Position numbers and translations under genes: made by a program. From the NCBI GenBank assembly GCA_905234495.1, contig CAJOHE010000003.1, positions 6,355-70,354 of the forward strand: DNA of 64,000 bases, in the 5' to 3' direction. The notes beneath the pieces were generated by a model, which had not been told where the DNA came from, did not search any database, and was given only the letters and a program-made list of their open reading frames with translations. Source of the stretch: an uncultured Eubacterium sp. Its GTDB lineage: Bacteria > Bacillota > Clostridia > Oscillospirales > Acutalibacteraceae. Shown piece by piece: positions 9,298-18,009 of the stretch (the stretch's first letter is position 1; every line of letters starts with the position of its first letter).

Positions 9298-10484
9298 TGG
9301 AATACAGGTTTTCAGATAAAATTTCAACGCTTCAGCCAAGCGCAATCAGAGAGATACTGAAGGCGACGTCCGACCCGTCGATTATCCCGCTTGCAGCAGG
9401 CAATCCCGCGCCCGACGCTTTCCCGGTTGACGAGGTGCGCGAAATCACCGAAAGGGTGCTTCGCGAGCAGCCCATCACCGCCCTGCAGTACGGCATTTCC
9501 GAGGGCTATCAGCCCCTTCGCGAAACCGTTACCGCGTGGATGAAAGAGCACGAAAACATCGGCAGGGATTTTGACAGTACGCTCATTCTCTCGGGCGCTA
9601 CGCAGGTTATGGATTTAACGACGAAAATCCTCTGCAACGAGGGGGACACCGTCATCTGCGAGGAGCCCTCGTTCATCGGATCGCTCAACTGCTTCCGCTC
9701 TTACGGATGCAAGCTCATGGGCGTTCCCGTTGAGGCAGACGGTATGGACGTAAACGCGCTTGAAGAGGTGCTCAAAACCGCGGATAACGCAAAGTTTATC
9801 TATACAATTCCTAATTTCCAGAACCCCTCGGGGGCGACTATGTCGCTTGAAAAGCGCAAAAAGCTTTACGCTCTTGCGAAGGAATACAACGTAATCATTT
9901 TAGAGGATAACCCCTACGGCGACCTCAGGGTTGCGGGCGAAAACGTGCCCGCAATCAAGTCGATGGACGAGGACGGAATCGTCATCTACGCGGGCTCTTT
10001 TTCAAAGATTCTCTCGCCGGGTATCCGCGTTGCATACTGCATCGCACCCGCAGAGATTACCGCAAAAATGACGGTCGGCAAGCAGGCTGAGGACGTTCAC
10101 ACGGCATGCCTCAACCAGATGATTGTCTACGAGTGGTTCAGGAATTACGACGTCGGCGCCCATATCAAAAAGATACAGGGCATCTACCGCAAAAAGCTCA
10201 ACCTGATGTGCGACCTCATTGATGAGGAACTCGGCGATTTCGTCGACTACGTCAGACCCGAGGGCGGACTCTTCGTATGGTGCCGCCTTCCCGACGGGGT
10301 TGATATGCTCGATTTCGTCAGAAGAGCGGTTGAAAAGAAGGTTGCCGTCGTTCCCGGCAGCGCCTTCCTCACCGACGACACAAAGAGCACGCAGTACATC
10401 CGCCTCAATTTCTCAACCCCCACCGACGAGGGTATAGTTAAGGGAATTAAGGCTCTCGGCGAGCTTGCCAAAGAATATAATTAA
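9297..10484 (+). CDS. PLP-dependent aminotransferase, class I/II fold (2-aminoadipate/aromatic aminotransferase-like)
   Basis: 395 aa. N-terminal LQPSAIREIL and AGNPAPDAFP are typical of the family, with an SFSKILSPGIRV lysine motif. TAATG overlap with the upstream gene. Confidence 0.85.
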   Translation: MEYRFSDKISTLQPSAIREILKATSDPSIIPLAAGNPAPDAFPVDEVREITERVLREQPITALQYGISEGYQPLRETVTAWMKEHENIGRDFDSTLILSGATQVMDLTTKILCNEGDTVICEEPSFIGSLNCFRSYGCKLMGVPVEADGMDVNALEEVLKTADNAKFIYTIPNFQNPSGATMSLEKRKKLYALAKEYNVIILEDNPYGDLRVAGENVPAIKSMDEDGIVIYAGSFSKILSPGIRVAYCIAPAEITAKMTVGKQAEDVHTACLNQMIVYEWFRNYDVGAHIKKIQGIYRKKLNLMCDLIDEELGDFVDYVRPEGGLFVWCRLPDGVDMLDFVRRAVEKKVAVVPGSAFLTDDTKSTQYIRLNFSTPTDEGIVKGIKALGELAKEYN

Positions 10485-10496
10485 GGGGGATTAATT

Positions 10497-11510
10497 ATGC
10501 CCGAAGAAATTAAACAGGAAAGAAAAAAGAGAAGCCTCTCGCTCATTCAGCCGACCTCTGTTCCGACTCTCGGAAACTACCTCGGCGCGATGAGGGGATG
10601 GCCGCGTTTTCAGGATGATTTTGACACGGTTTTCGGTATTGCCGACCTTCATTCAATCACGGTAAGACAGGAGCCCGCGAAGCTTCGTCAGCAGACGACT
10701 CAGCTCTACGCTCTTCTTCTCGCAGTCGGTCTTGACCCCGAGAAGAGCATACTTTTCATCCAGTCCCACGTGCCCCAGCATTCCCAGCTCGGCTGGCTTC
10801 TCAACTGCTATACAATGTTCGGCGAGCTCAGCCGAATGACACAGTTCAAGGATAAGTCGCAGCAGCATTCCGACAATATCAACGCAGGACTTTTCACCTA
10901 TCCCTGCCTTATGGCTGCCGACATTCTTTTATATCAGGCGGACGTTGTTCCCGTAGGCGCCGACCAGAAGCAGCACCTTGAGATTGCAAGGGATATCGCC
11001 GAGCGATTCAACGGAATTTACGGCAACGTTTTTACTGTGCCCGAGCCCTATATTCCGAAGGCGGGCGCAAGGGTTATGAGCCTTGCGGACCCGACGAGGA
11101 AGATGAGCAAATCCGACCCGAATCCGAAGGGCACGGTTTTCCTCACCGACGAGCCAAGCGTTATTATGAAAAAGTTCAAGAGCGCCGTTACCGACAGCGA
11201 AATGAGCGTTCACTATGCTGACGGCAAGGACGGAATCAACAACCTGATGACGATTTATTCCGCTGTTACGGGCGACAGCCTTGAAAAGATTGAGGCTGAT
11301 TTCTCGGGCAGGGGATACGGCGATTTCAAGAAGGCGGTCGGCGAGGCGGTAGTTGCCGAGCTCGAGCCCGTTCAGAAGCGCTACAACGAGTATATGCAGG
11401 ATAAGGCATATCTCAAGGAACAGTGGACAAGGGGCGCCGATATTGCCTCAAGAGTGTCACAGAGAACGCTCGACAAGGCAATGAAAAAAATCGGCTTCCT
11501 TGCAAAATAA
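10497..11510 (+). CDS. trpS: Tryptophan--tRNA ligase
   Basis: Class I signature: the HIGH-region equivalent PTLGNYLG, plus KMSKS (RKMSKSDP). 337 aa. Confidence 0.95.
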   Translation: MPEEIKQERKKRSLSLIQPTSVPTLGNYLGAMRGWPRFQDDFDTVFGIADLHSITVRQEPAKLRQQTTQLYALLLAVGLDPEKSILFIQSHVPQHSQLGWLLNCYTMFGELSRMTQFKDKSQQHSDNINAGLFTYPCLMAADILLYQADVVPVGADQKQHLEIARDIAERFNGIYGNVFTVPEPYIPKAGARVMSLADPTRKMSKSDPNPKGTVFLTDEPSVIMKKFKSAVTDSEMSVHYADGKDGINNLMTIYSAVTGDSLEKIEADFSGRGYGDFKKAVGEAVVAELEPVQKRYNEYMQDKAYLKEQWTRGADIASRVSQRTLDKAMKKIGFLAK

Positions 11511-11512
11511 AT

Positions 11513-11541
11513 AAAAGCGTTCAGCAGTGCTGAACGCTTTT
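11513..11541. terminator. Bidirectional intrinsic terminator between convergent trpS and the 11543-12364 gene
   Basis: 13-bp stem AAAAGCGTTCAGC / GCTGAACGCTTTT with loop AGT, flanked by A and T runs. Confidence 0.75.
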
Positions 11542-11542
11542 A

Positions 11543-12364
11543 TTATTCATCTTCGCCCGTGGGAATACTCTCTGCGGTGCCGTAAAGCTTTATATCCTTC
11601 CGTGCCTTTTCCTCATCGGGTTTGTCAACAATTATATCAAGAATCTTCTTATACTTGTTGAGTCTGAAATTAGGCGCAAGCTTTTTCATTTTATTGTAAA
11701 ATCTGTTTTCTTTTGTAAAGCTTGTTGTTACGTTTCTAAACAGCTCGCTGTCCTTGATATTTTGCGTGATGCTGTCAAACTGCTCGCTCGTTTCGTCAAC
11801 GCCCTTCTGCGTTTCGGTGATAATGAGATTTTGCATTCTCTTAAGCTCGTTTGTCATATCCTTCAAATCCGAAACCGTAGCGGTAATATCAATGATAATC
11901 ACCGTGTAAAGGGCGAAACAGATTATGTACATTATATCGTGGGGGATTAAAGCCGTCAGCTTTATAACAAGCGGCTGAAGCACTTTGATAATAAGCACGG
12001 CACCCGCGCCGAACGTCAGAAGTCCGTTGAGGTAAACCCTTCCGTTTATGTTAAAGCGCCTGCCCGAATAATCCCACCACATAGCGTGAAAAGCCTTTTC
12101 CATAATAAAATGCGTCAGATATTCAAGCGTTCCGCAGAGAAGCAGACCGAAGAGGAAAACGAGAAAAATATTGTTAACCCTGCCGTAAAGCACAGCCGTG
12201 CAGAGCACTGCTCCCGTGCCGTAAATAGGGCAGAGCGGACCGAACAAAAAGCCCCTCTTGACAACCTTTTTATCCCTGATTAGATACAGAACGGTTTCCA
12301 TTATCCACCCTGCAATGCTGTAAAGCATAAACCAGAAAAAATAGCAGCATATTTTATATATCAT
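11543..12364 (-). CDS. Polytopic membrane protein (putative ABC-transporter type IV / CmpB-like family) with a charged C-terminal cytoplasmic tail
   Basis: 273 aa with about 5 TM helices followed by roughly 100 aa of hydrophilic coil. 4-nt overlap with the upstream HD gene. The family call comes from general resemblance only. Confidence 0.55.
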   Translation of the reverse strand: MIYKICCYFFWFMLYSIAGWIMETVLYLIRDKKVVKRGFLFGPLCPIYGTGAVLCTAVLYGRVNNIFLVFLFGLLLCGTLEYLTHFIMEKAFHAMWWDYSGRRFNINGRVYLNGLLTFGAGAVLIIKVLQPLVIKLTALIPHDIMYIICFALYTVIIIDITATVSDLKDMTNELKRMQNLIITETQKGVDETSEQFDSITQNIKDSELFRNVTTSFTKENRFYNKMKKLAPNFRLNKYKKILDIIVDKPDEEKARKDIKLYGTAESIPTGEDE

Positions 12365-12852
12365 AGCTTTTCAACCTTCCTGTTGATTTCGTTATATACG
12401 GGGATGAATTTTTTTGAGGTTTTAATATAGTCGGCGTTTGCGCAGTATTTGTCGGCAAGAGTCAGCGCCCAGCCCGCGGCTGAGTTCGGCGGCAGGGGAT
12501 AAAGCGGAAACATATGCCTTAAAACCATATCCTCTTCCTCTTTGTTAAGTTCAAGCATACCGTATTTCTTTATGTTTTCAACCGCCTTTTTCGGGTGGTA
12601 CCAGACGTGCATTTGCTCGTGCTTTTCAAAATGCCAGTCGTAAAGATAAAAGTCGTGAAGAAGCGAAACTTCAACAATTCTTTTAAGCGGCAGGTTTCTG
12701 CCCTTGCATAGCTCCATAACCGTGTATGCAACGTATACGCTGTGAAAATGAGTGTCAATCTCACCGTGGTGGTTATACTGCTTCATACTTTTGAATATAT
12801 CTGTTTTCAGTATATCTCCGCATAGTTCAATAAATAAATCTGTATCTTTCAT
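12361..12852 (-). CDS. HD-domain phosphohydrolase
   Basis: 163 aa; H...HD pattern (HFHSVYVA ... LLHDFYLYDWH). Confidence 0.75.
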   Translation of the reverse strand: MKDTDLFIELCGDILKTDIFKSMKQYNHHGEIDTHFHSVYVAYTVMELCKGRNLPLKRIVEVSLLHDFYLYDWHFEKHEQMHVWYHPKKAVENIKKYGMLELNKEEEDMVLRHMFPLYPLPPNSAAGWALTLADKYCANADYIKTSKKFIPVYNEINRKVEKL

Positions 12853-12989
12853 AATAACCCTCTTTTAATTTTCAACTAAATTATATATTTTTATCCATTT
12901 ATGTAAAGCCTTTTTTCGAAAAATTAATAAATATTTTATCTAATCAAAAGGCGTTACTAAATTGTAATCTTTTAATTTATTATCTTATA

Positions 12990-13018
12990 TTGTATGTAAA
13001 AAACATATATGATATAAT
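12990..13018 (+). promoter_or_regulatory. Sigma-A type promoter for the 13074-17882 operon
   Basis: TTGTAT (12990-12995), 17 nt spacer, TATAAT (13013-13018), inside a 220-nt AT-rich divergent intergenic region. Confidence 0.5.
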
Positions 13019-13073
13019 GAAACTGATATTTTATATGTGAAAGTCTATATTTTCACGGTAAGGGGGAATTATT

Positions 13074-13838
13074 TTGAAAGAAGCAAAAGCCATGGCATAT
13101 GCAAATATGTACGGCGTGCTTTGCACTCTTGAAAACCTTTGCGAGCTTGACGACGATGCAAAGAAAATCTGTCAGGAGCTCAAGAAGCCCGTTTCACTCT
13201 GTTTTGACGTTTCGGGCGGACCTTGCTGTACCTTTAATTTCACAAAGGACGGCTGTAAAATGACCGAGGGCAGCTACGGCTGTACCTGCAAGATGAATTT
13301 TTCATCACCCGAAAAATTCAACGCGCTTATCGACGACGCTAAGCCGGGTATTCCCGTAAAGAATATTCCGCAGGTGCTTTCCTTCCTGCTCGGCCCGTTC
13401 ACAAAGCTCACCGATTTGCTTGTGAAGTATCTCAAGCCCGAGGAAGAAGACCTCAAAAACCGCGATTTCTTTGAAAAGTCGACCATTATGACGATGTACA
13501 CAATCGGCGGCGCAATCTGCGCTCTTGCAAATAACGACTCAATTTCAAAGCTTTCCGCGTCCTACATCTGCGACGGCGATATCCAGATGGGTATAACCGA
13601 CGCCTGCTACGTAACAATCCGTTGCAGAAACCATAAGCTTGAGCTCATCAAAGAAAAGCCCGACACTCCGAGGGCAATTATGGAGTTCAAGACAATCGAC
13701 CTTGCAAACGGACTCTTCAACGGCACGGCTTCAACTATGGCGGAGCTTTGCGCGGGCAACATCTATATGAGCGGTATGATTAATATGATTGACAACGTTA
13801 ACCGTATTCTCGACAGAGTTGCCGTATATCTCGGATAA
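13074..13838 (+). CDS. Hypothetical protein with SCP2 (sterol-carrier-like) features; paralogue of 17085-17882
   Basis: TTG start 6 nt after GGGGGA; an alternative ATG at 13092 is poorly spaced from the RBS. The C-terminal KTIDLANGLFNGTASTMAELCAGNIYMSGMINM resembles the SCP2 pattern D-L..L..G......A...G.I...G. FSSPEKFNALI matches FSSMEKMNAFM in the paralogue. Confidence 0.55.
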   Translation: MKEAKAMAYANMYGVLCTLENLCELDDDAKKICQELKKPVSLCFDVSGGPCCTFNFTKDGCKMTEGSYGCTCKMNFSSPEKFNALIDDAKPGIPVKNIPQVLSFLLGPFTKLTDLLVKYLKPEEEDLKNRDFFEKSTIMTMYTIGGAICALANNDSISKLSASYICDGDIQMGITDACYVTIRCRNHKLELIKEKPDTPRAIMEFKTIDLANGLFNGTASTMAELCAGNIYMSGMINMIDNVNRILDRVAVYLG

Positions 13839-13850
13839 GGAGGGAATGTA

Positions 13851-15122
13851 ATGAGTAAATATCCTGAATATAAACACGAAAAATCACAGGAGTGGTTCAA
13901 CAGAGCGCTCAACGCAATTCCTTCGGGCGTTTACGGCCATCTCGGACCGAGTGAAGGTCTTTTTCTTCCTATTACAAAATGGCCGCTGATGTGCGACCAC
14001 GCCAAGGGAACCTATTTCTGGGACGTTGACGGCAACAAGTATCTCGACTTTATGTGCGCTTACGGACCGAATGTTCTCGGCTACTGCGACGACGACGTTG
14101 ACGCCGCCGCTATGGAACAGCTCAAAATCGGCAACTGCACGACCTCGCCTTCCTACAAGATGGTAGAGTGCGCCGAGCTTCTCAAGGACACGGTTGCAAT
14201 GGCTGACTGGGCGTTCTTTATGAAAAACGGTTCCGACGCCACAACCTTCAGCGTAATGTGCGCAAGAGCTCATACGGGCAAGAAAAAGATGATGTTCTTC
14301 AAGGGCTACTACCACGGCGATTTCCAGTGGTGCCAGAAGGCTGACTATCCGGGCATCCTTCCCGAAGAGGTTGCAAACAATATCATTGTTCCGTGGTTCG
14401 ACCTTGACGCTATGCAGGAGGCGTACGACGCTTGCGGCGGCGACGTTGCAGGTCTTATCGCACAGCCCTATGACCACGGTAATTTCTACGACAACGTTTG
14501 CGCTACCAAAGAGCAGTGGCAGGCAGTTCGTAAGTTCTGCGACGACCACGGTATGGTTCTCATTTTCGACGACGTTCGTACCGGCTTCAGGCTCGACATC
14601 GCGGGTTCCGACCATTACTACGGAATCAAGGCGGACCTCTGCTGCTTCTGTAAGGCTCTTGCAAACGGCTACAATATGTCCGCTGTCTGCGGTCAGGAGC
14701 ATATGAAAAACGCCGCGTCGTCGGTTGTTTACACGGGTTCATACTGGATGAGCGCAGAGCCCTTCGCGGCTTGCCTCGCGTGTATCCCGAAGATGAAGAG
14801 GCTCGACATCCCGACAATGTTCAGGGAAAAGGGCATCAAGCTCACCGAAGGCTTCAAGGCTGCGGGTAAGGAGCACGGCTTTGACCTCGTTGTATCGGGT
14901 GAGCCCGCGCTCTTCTATCTCAGAATTGCAAACGACGACAGCCTTATGCTTCATCAGGAGTGGATTGCAGAGTGCGTAAGCAGGGGACTTTTCCTCGCTT
15001 CCCACCACAACCACTTCATCAACGCCGCCGTTACGGACGACGATATTAAGCTTGCTATTGATATAGCAGAGGATGCTTTCGGCGTAGTTGCCGCAAATCA
15101 TCCCGAGCTTGATTTGAAATAA
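13851..15122 (+). CDS. Class-III (omega-amine / glutamate-1-semialdehyde aminomutase-like) PLP aminotransferase
   Basis: 423 aa; N-terminal NAIPSGV, DVDGNKYLDF, and a candidate PLP lysine in FCKALANGYNMSAV. Confidence 0.85.
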   Translation: MSKYPEYKHEKSQEWFNRALNAIPSGVYGHLGPSEGLFLPITKWPLMCDHAKGTYFWDVDGNKYLDFMCAYGPNVLGYCDDDVDAAAMEQLKIGNCTTSPSYKMVECAELLKDTVAMADWAFFMKNGSDATTFSVMCARAHTGKKKMMFFKGYYHGDFQWCQKADYPGILPEEVANNIIVPWFDLDAMQEAYDACGGDVAGLIAQPYDHGNFYDNVCATKEQWQAVRKFCDDHGMVLIFDDVRTGFRLDIAGSDHYYGIKADLCCFCKALANGYNMSAVCGQEHMKNAASSVVYTGSYWMSAEPFAACLACIPKMKRLDIPTMFREKGIKLTEGFKAAGKEHGFDLVVSGEPALFYLRIANDDSLMLHQEWIAECVSRGLFLASHHNHFINAAVTDDDIKLAIDIAEDAFGVVAANHPELDLK

Positions 15123-15140
15123 TTAAGGGGGTAAATAATA

Positions 15141-16034
15141 ATGCCGGCTGATTACAAACCATTTGACAGAGAAGAATGGTTACGCCTTGAAAAGAAGGCG
15201 GACGAATTAAGAAGACTCACAATCCAGACGTCTGTCTGGGGCGGTTCGGGACATCTCGGCGGAGCTATGAGCTGTATGGACGCCATGACAATCCTGTATC
15301 ACCGCTTTATGAAGATTGACGTAAACAATCCCGATTTGGAGGACAGGGACCGCTTTGTTCTCTCAAAGGGACACGCAGCAGTGGGATATGCCCCCGTTAT
15401 CTGCGACTACGGCTTTATGCCCATCGACGAGCTCAAGATTTTCAACCTCACGGGCGCTAAAATCGGTATGCACCTCGACTGCAACAAGGTAAGAGGTATC
15501 GACTGCTCAACGGGTTCTCTCGGTCACGGCATCTCGCTTGCAGTGGGCTTTGCGCTTGCAGGCAGAGTTAAGGGCATTGATTATATGAACTACGTTATCA
15601 CCGGTGACGGCGAGCTCAACGAGGGTTCAAACTGGGAAGCTGCTATGAGCGCCGCTCAGTTCAAGCTTTCAAACGTTGTCGTTATGGCTGATAACAACAA
15701 ATGTATGATTGACGGCAGAGTTGACGACGAGATGAAGGTAGAGCCCCTCGACAAGAAGTTCGAGGCGTTCGGCTTCAACGTATGCCGCGTTGACGGCCAC
15801 AATATGAAAGAGCTCAACGACGCTATCGAGGCTGCAATCAAAAATCATCAGGACGGCGGCGACAAGCCGACCGCAATCGTAATGGACACCTACAAGGGCG
15901 AGGGCGTTGACTTTATGAAGGATAACTACCTCTGGCATTACGGCTCGCTTGACGACGAGATGGTTAAGAAGGCAAACGAAAGCCTTGACAAGTACTACAA
16001 AGAACGCTGTGACAGAGCAGAGAAGGAGGCGTAA
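15141..16034 (+). CDS. Transketolase-family protein, N-terminal (TPP-binding) subunit
   Basis: GSGHLGGAMS and the TPP motif GDGELNEGSNWEA; 297 aa is the size of a split-type N subunit. Confidence 0.9.
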   Translation: MPADYKPFDREEWLRLEKKADELRRLTIQTSVWGGSGHLGGAMSCMDAMTILYHRFMKIDVNNPDLEDRDRFVLSKGHAAVGYAPVICDYGFMPIDELKIFNLTGAKIGMHLDCNKVRGIDCSTGSLGHGISLAVGFALAGRVKGIDYMNYVITGDGELNEGSNWEAAMSAAQFKLSNVVVMADNNKCMIDGRVDDEMKVEPLDKKFEAFGFNVCRVDGHNMKELNDAIEAAIKNHQDGGDKPTAIVMDTYKGEGVDFMKDNYLWHYGSLDDEMVKKANESLDKYYKERCDRAEKEA

Positions 16035-16036
16035 TT

Positions 16037-17047
16037 ATGGGCGGAATGACATATACAATGACGGATACCACAAAGCTTTCAACTGCTGAATGTTACGGTA
16101 TCGCGCTTTGCGAACTCGGCGAGGAGCATCAGGACGTTGTTGCCCTTACCGCTGACCTTGCCAAGTCAACTAAAATAGGAATGTTCGGCGAAAAATACCC
16201 CGACAGATTTTTCAACGTAGGTATTGCCGAGCAGAATCTTTTCGGCGTTGCAGCAGGTATGGCTAAAAACGGACTCGTTCCCTTTGCCTCAACCTTCGCA
16301 ATCTTTACGGCTGCCCGTTCTCTCGACCAGATTCACACCGATATCTGCTATCAGAACGTACCGGTTAAGATTATCGCAACCCACGCGGGAACATCCTTCG
16401 GTCAGGCTGGTTCAACCCACCATTCGCTCATCGATATGGCTTGTATGAGAGTTCTTCCTCATATGACCGTTATCTGCCCCTGCGACGGCGTTGAAACCTA
16501 CCACGCTGTTAAGGCGGCTTACGATATCGAAGGCCCCGTATATATCAGAATTAACCGCGGTTTCGACCAGGTTATCTATAAGAATCTCGACGACTGCAAG
16601 TTCGACTACAAAAAGGCAACCGTTATGAACGAGGGAACGGATATCACCGTTATCGCCTGCGGTTCCTGCGTATTCGAGGCAATGCAGGCTGCGCGTATGG
16701 CAGAGGCTGACGCAGGGCTCAAGGTAAGAGTGCTCAATATGCACACAATCAAGCCCGTTGACGAGGAGGCAATCCTCTCGGCAGTTGCCGACACACGCAG
16801 AATCATCACCGTTGAAGACCACGAGGTAATGGGCGGTCTCGGCTCAGCCGTTGCCGACGTTGTTGCAAAGTCGGGTAAGGGCTGCGCGTTCAGAATGCTC
16901 GGTCATCAGGACGACTTCTCAACAATCGGACTTCAGGAGGATCTTCTTTCTATGGCTAAGATTGACTCAAACGGAATCTTTGAGGCAATCAGCGAGGTTA
17001 TGCACGCAGACTTTGAGGCTGACGATGCATGGGACGACGAATTCTAA
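16037..17047 (+). CDS. Transketolase-family protein, C-terminal (pyrimidine-binding) subunit
   Basis: GIAEQNLFGVAAGMA motif; 336 aa; starts 2 nt after the N subunit stop. Confidence 0.9.
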   Translation: MGGMTYTMTDTTKLSTAECYGIALCELGEEHQDVVALTADLAKSTKIGMFGEKYPDRFFNVGIAEQNLFGVAAGMAKNGLVPFASTFAIFTAARSLDQIHTDICYQNVPVKIIATHAGTSFGQAGSTHHSLIDMACMRVLPHMTVICPCDGVETYHAVKAAYDIEGPVYIRINRGFDQVIYKNLDDCKFDYKKATVMNEGTDITVIACGSCVFEAMQAARMAEADAGLKVRVLNMHTIKPVDEEAILSAVADTRRIITVEDHEVMGGLGSAVADVVAKSGKGCAFRMLGHQDDFSTIGLQEDLLSMAKIDSNGIFEAISEVMHADFEADDAWDDEF

Positions 17048-17084
17048 ATCGAATTTGTTACCTTAATTGAAAGGAGTGACTTTA

Positions 17085-17882
17085 ATGGCAAGTGACGAAA
17101 CCCGTTACACCAATAAAATTTTTATGGCGGCAGCCCTGCCGCTTATGAAGACGATTGCAACGGACGTTCCCGAGCTGCACAAAAAGTTCGAGGGCGTAAA
17201 CGCAATCTATCAGGTCTCGGCAAAGGTGAACGCCGAGGACGTTGAGGCAATCCATTTCATCGTCGAAGACGGCGAATGGAACGTTAAACTCGGCGAATAC
17301 CTCGGTCAGAAGAAAATTGACGGCGAGCTTGCTTTTTCCTCAATGGAAAAGATGAACGCTTTTATGAAGGGCGATATGACAAAGCTACCCAAGTTTAAAA
17401 TCAAGTCCTTCGGCAAGTTCTTAAAGTTTATGCAGGTGCTTCTCAAGATGAGCGACCTGCTCGGAATTGCAGAGCCGCCTGAAAACGACGAGGAGCTTTC
17501 GCTTCTTCTCTGCAAGCTCTATTTCTACCTTCTGTCCTCGGGCATTTCCCAGCTCAACAAAATGGAGCATCCCGCAGTTCACGAATGGGCGCTCAAGAGC
17601 CCCGACCGCTGCTATCAGTGGGCGGTTGAAGGTCATCCCGAATGTACTGCGTATATGCGCGTTAAGGCAGGAAAGTCCAAGGCGGGCAGGGGAGAGTACA
17701 AGAGGGCGAAACCCTTCTTCTGTATGAAGTTTGACTGCGCAACCTCAGCGCTCAAAATTCTTCTCGGCACCGGCGATATGTTCCAGATGACTGCCGACAA
17801 GCAGCTCATTATGGAAGGCGCGCCCGAGTTCGGCGTACAAATCGGCGACTATATGATGATAGTCGGCGACCTTGCTAAATAG
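17085..17882 (+). CDS. Hypothetical protein with SCP2-like features; paralogue of 13074-13838
   Basis: ATG at 17085 is preferred because AAGGAG (17071-17076) lies 8 nt upstream; the ORF track starts at the TTG at 17067. The C-terminal FDCATSALKILLGTGDMFQMTADKQLIMEGAPEFG fits the SCP2-like pattern. Confidence 0.55.
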   Translation: MASDETRYTNKIFMAAALPLMKTIATDVPELHKKFEGVNAIYQVSAKVNAEDVEAIHFIVEDGEWNVKLGEYLGQKKIDGELAFSSMEKMNAFMKGDMTKLPKFKIKSFGKFLKFMQVLLKMSDLLGIAEPPENDEELSLLLCKLYFYLLSSGISQLNKMEHPAVHEWALKSPDRCYQWAVEGHPECTAYMRVKAGKSKAGRGEYKRAKPFFCMKFDCATSALKILLGTGDMFQMTADKQLIMEGAPEFGVQIGDYMMIVGDLAK

Positions 17883-17930
17883 GCTGCCGATAAGGGCGCA
17901 TAAACGTGACAGAATTTTATTATGATTTTA

Positions 17931-17958
17931 CGGGCGGGTTTTTCACCTGCCCGTTTTT
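17931..17958 (+). terminator. Intrinsic terminator of the operon; member of the TGTA-CGGGNGGG hairpin family
   Basis: Stem CGGGCGGG (17931-17938) / CCTGCCCG (17946-17953) with one G-U pair, a loop ending in TCA followed by C (TTCAC-like), and T-run 17954-17958. Confidence 0.7.
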
Positions 17959-18009
17959 ATATTGCATTTTTTTAAATATATGTTATTATATTAATATATT
18001 AAGAAGACG

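Noticed and set aside
10485-10496. T-box or other leader upstream of trpS, and likewise upstream of leuS at 37862-37864
   Set aside because: The intergenic gaps are only 12 nt and 3 nt, so no leader RNA can be present.
13884-14702. 272-aa ORF on the minus strand opposite the class-III aminotransferase
   Set aside because: It lies fully antisense to a gene with clear family motifs, has no RBS and a low-complexity V/A/R-rich composition typical of shadow ORFs. The same reasoning applies to the long antisense or alternative-frame ORFs at 34623-35363, 48060-48698, 59801-60511, 40776-41372, 33377-33928, 50062-50598, 32740-33246, 47281-47718 and 16412-16822.
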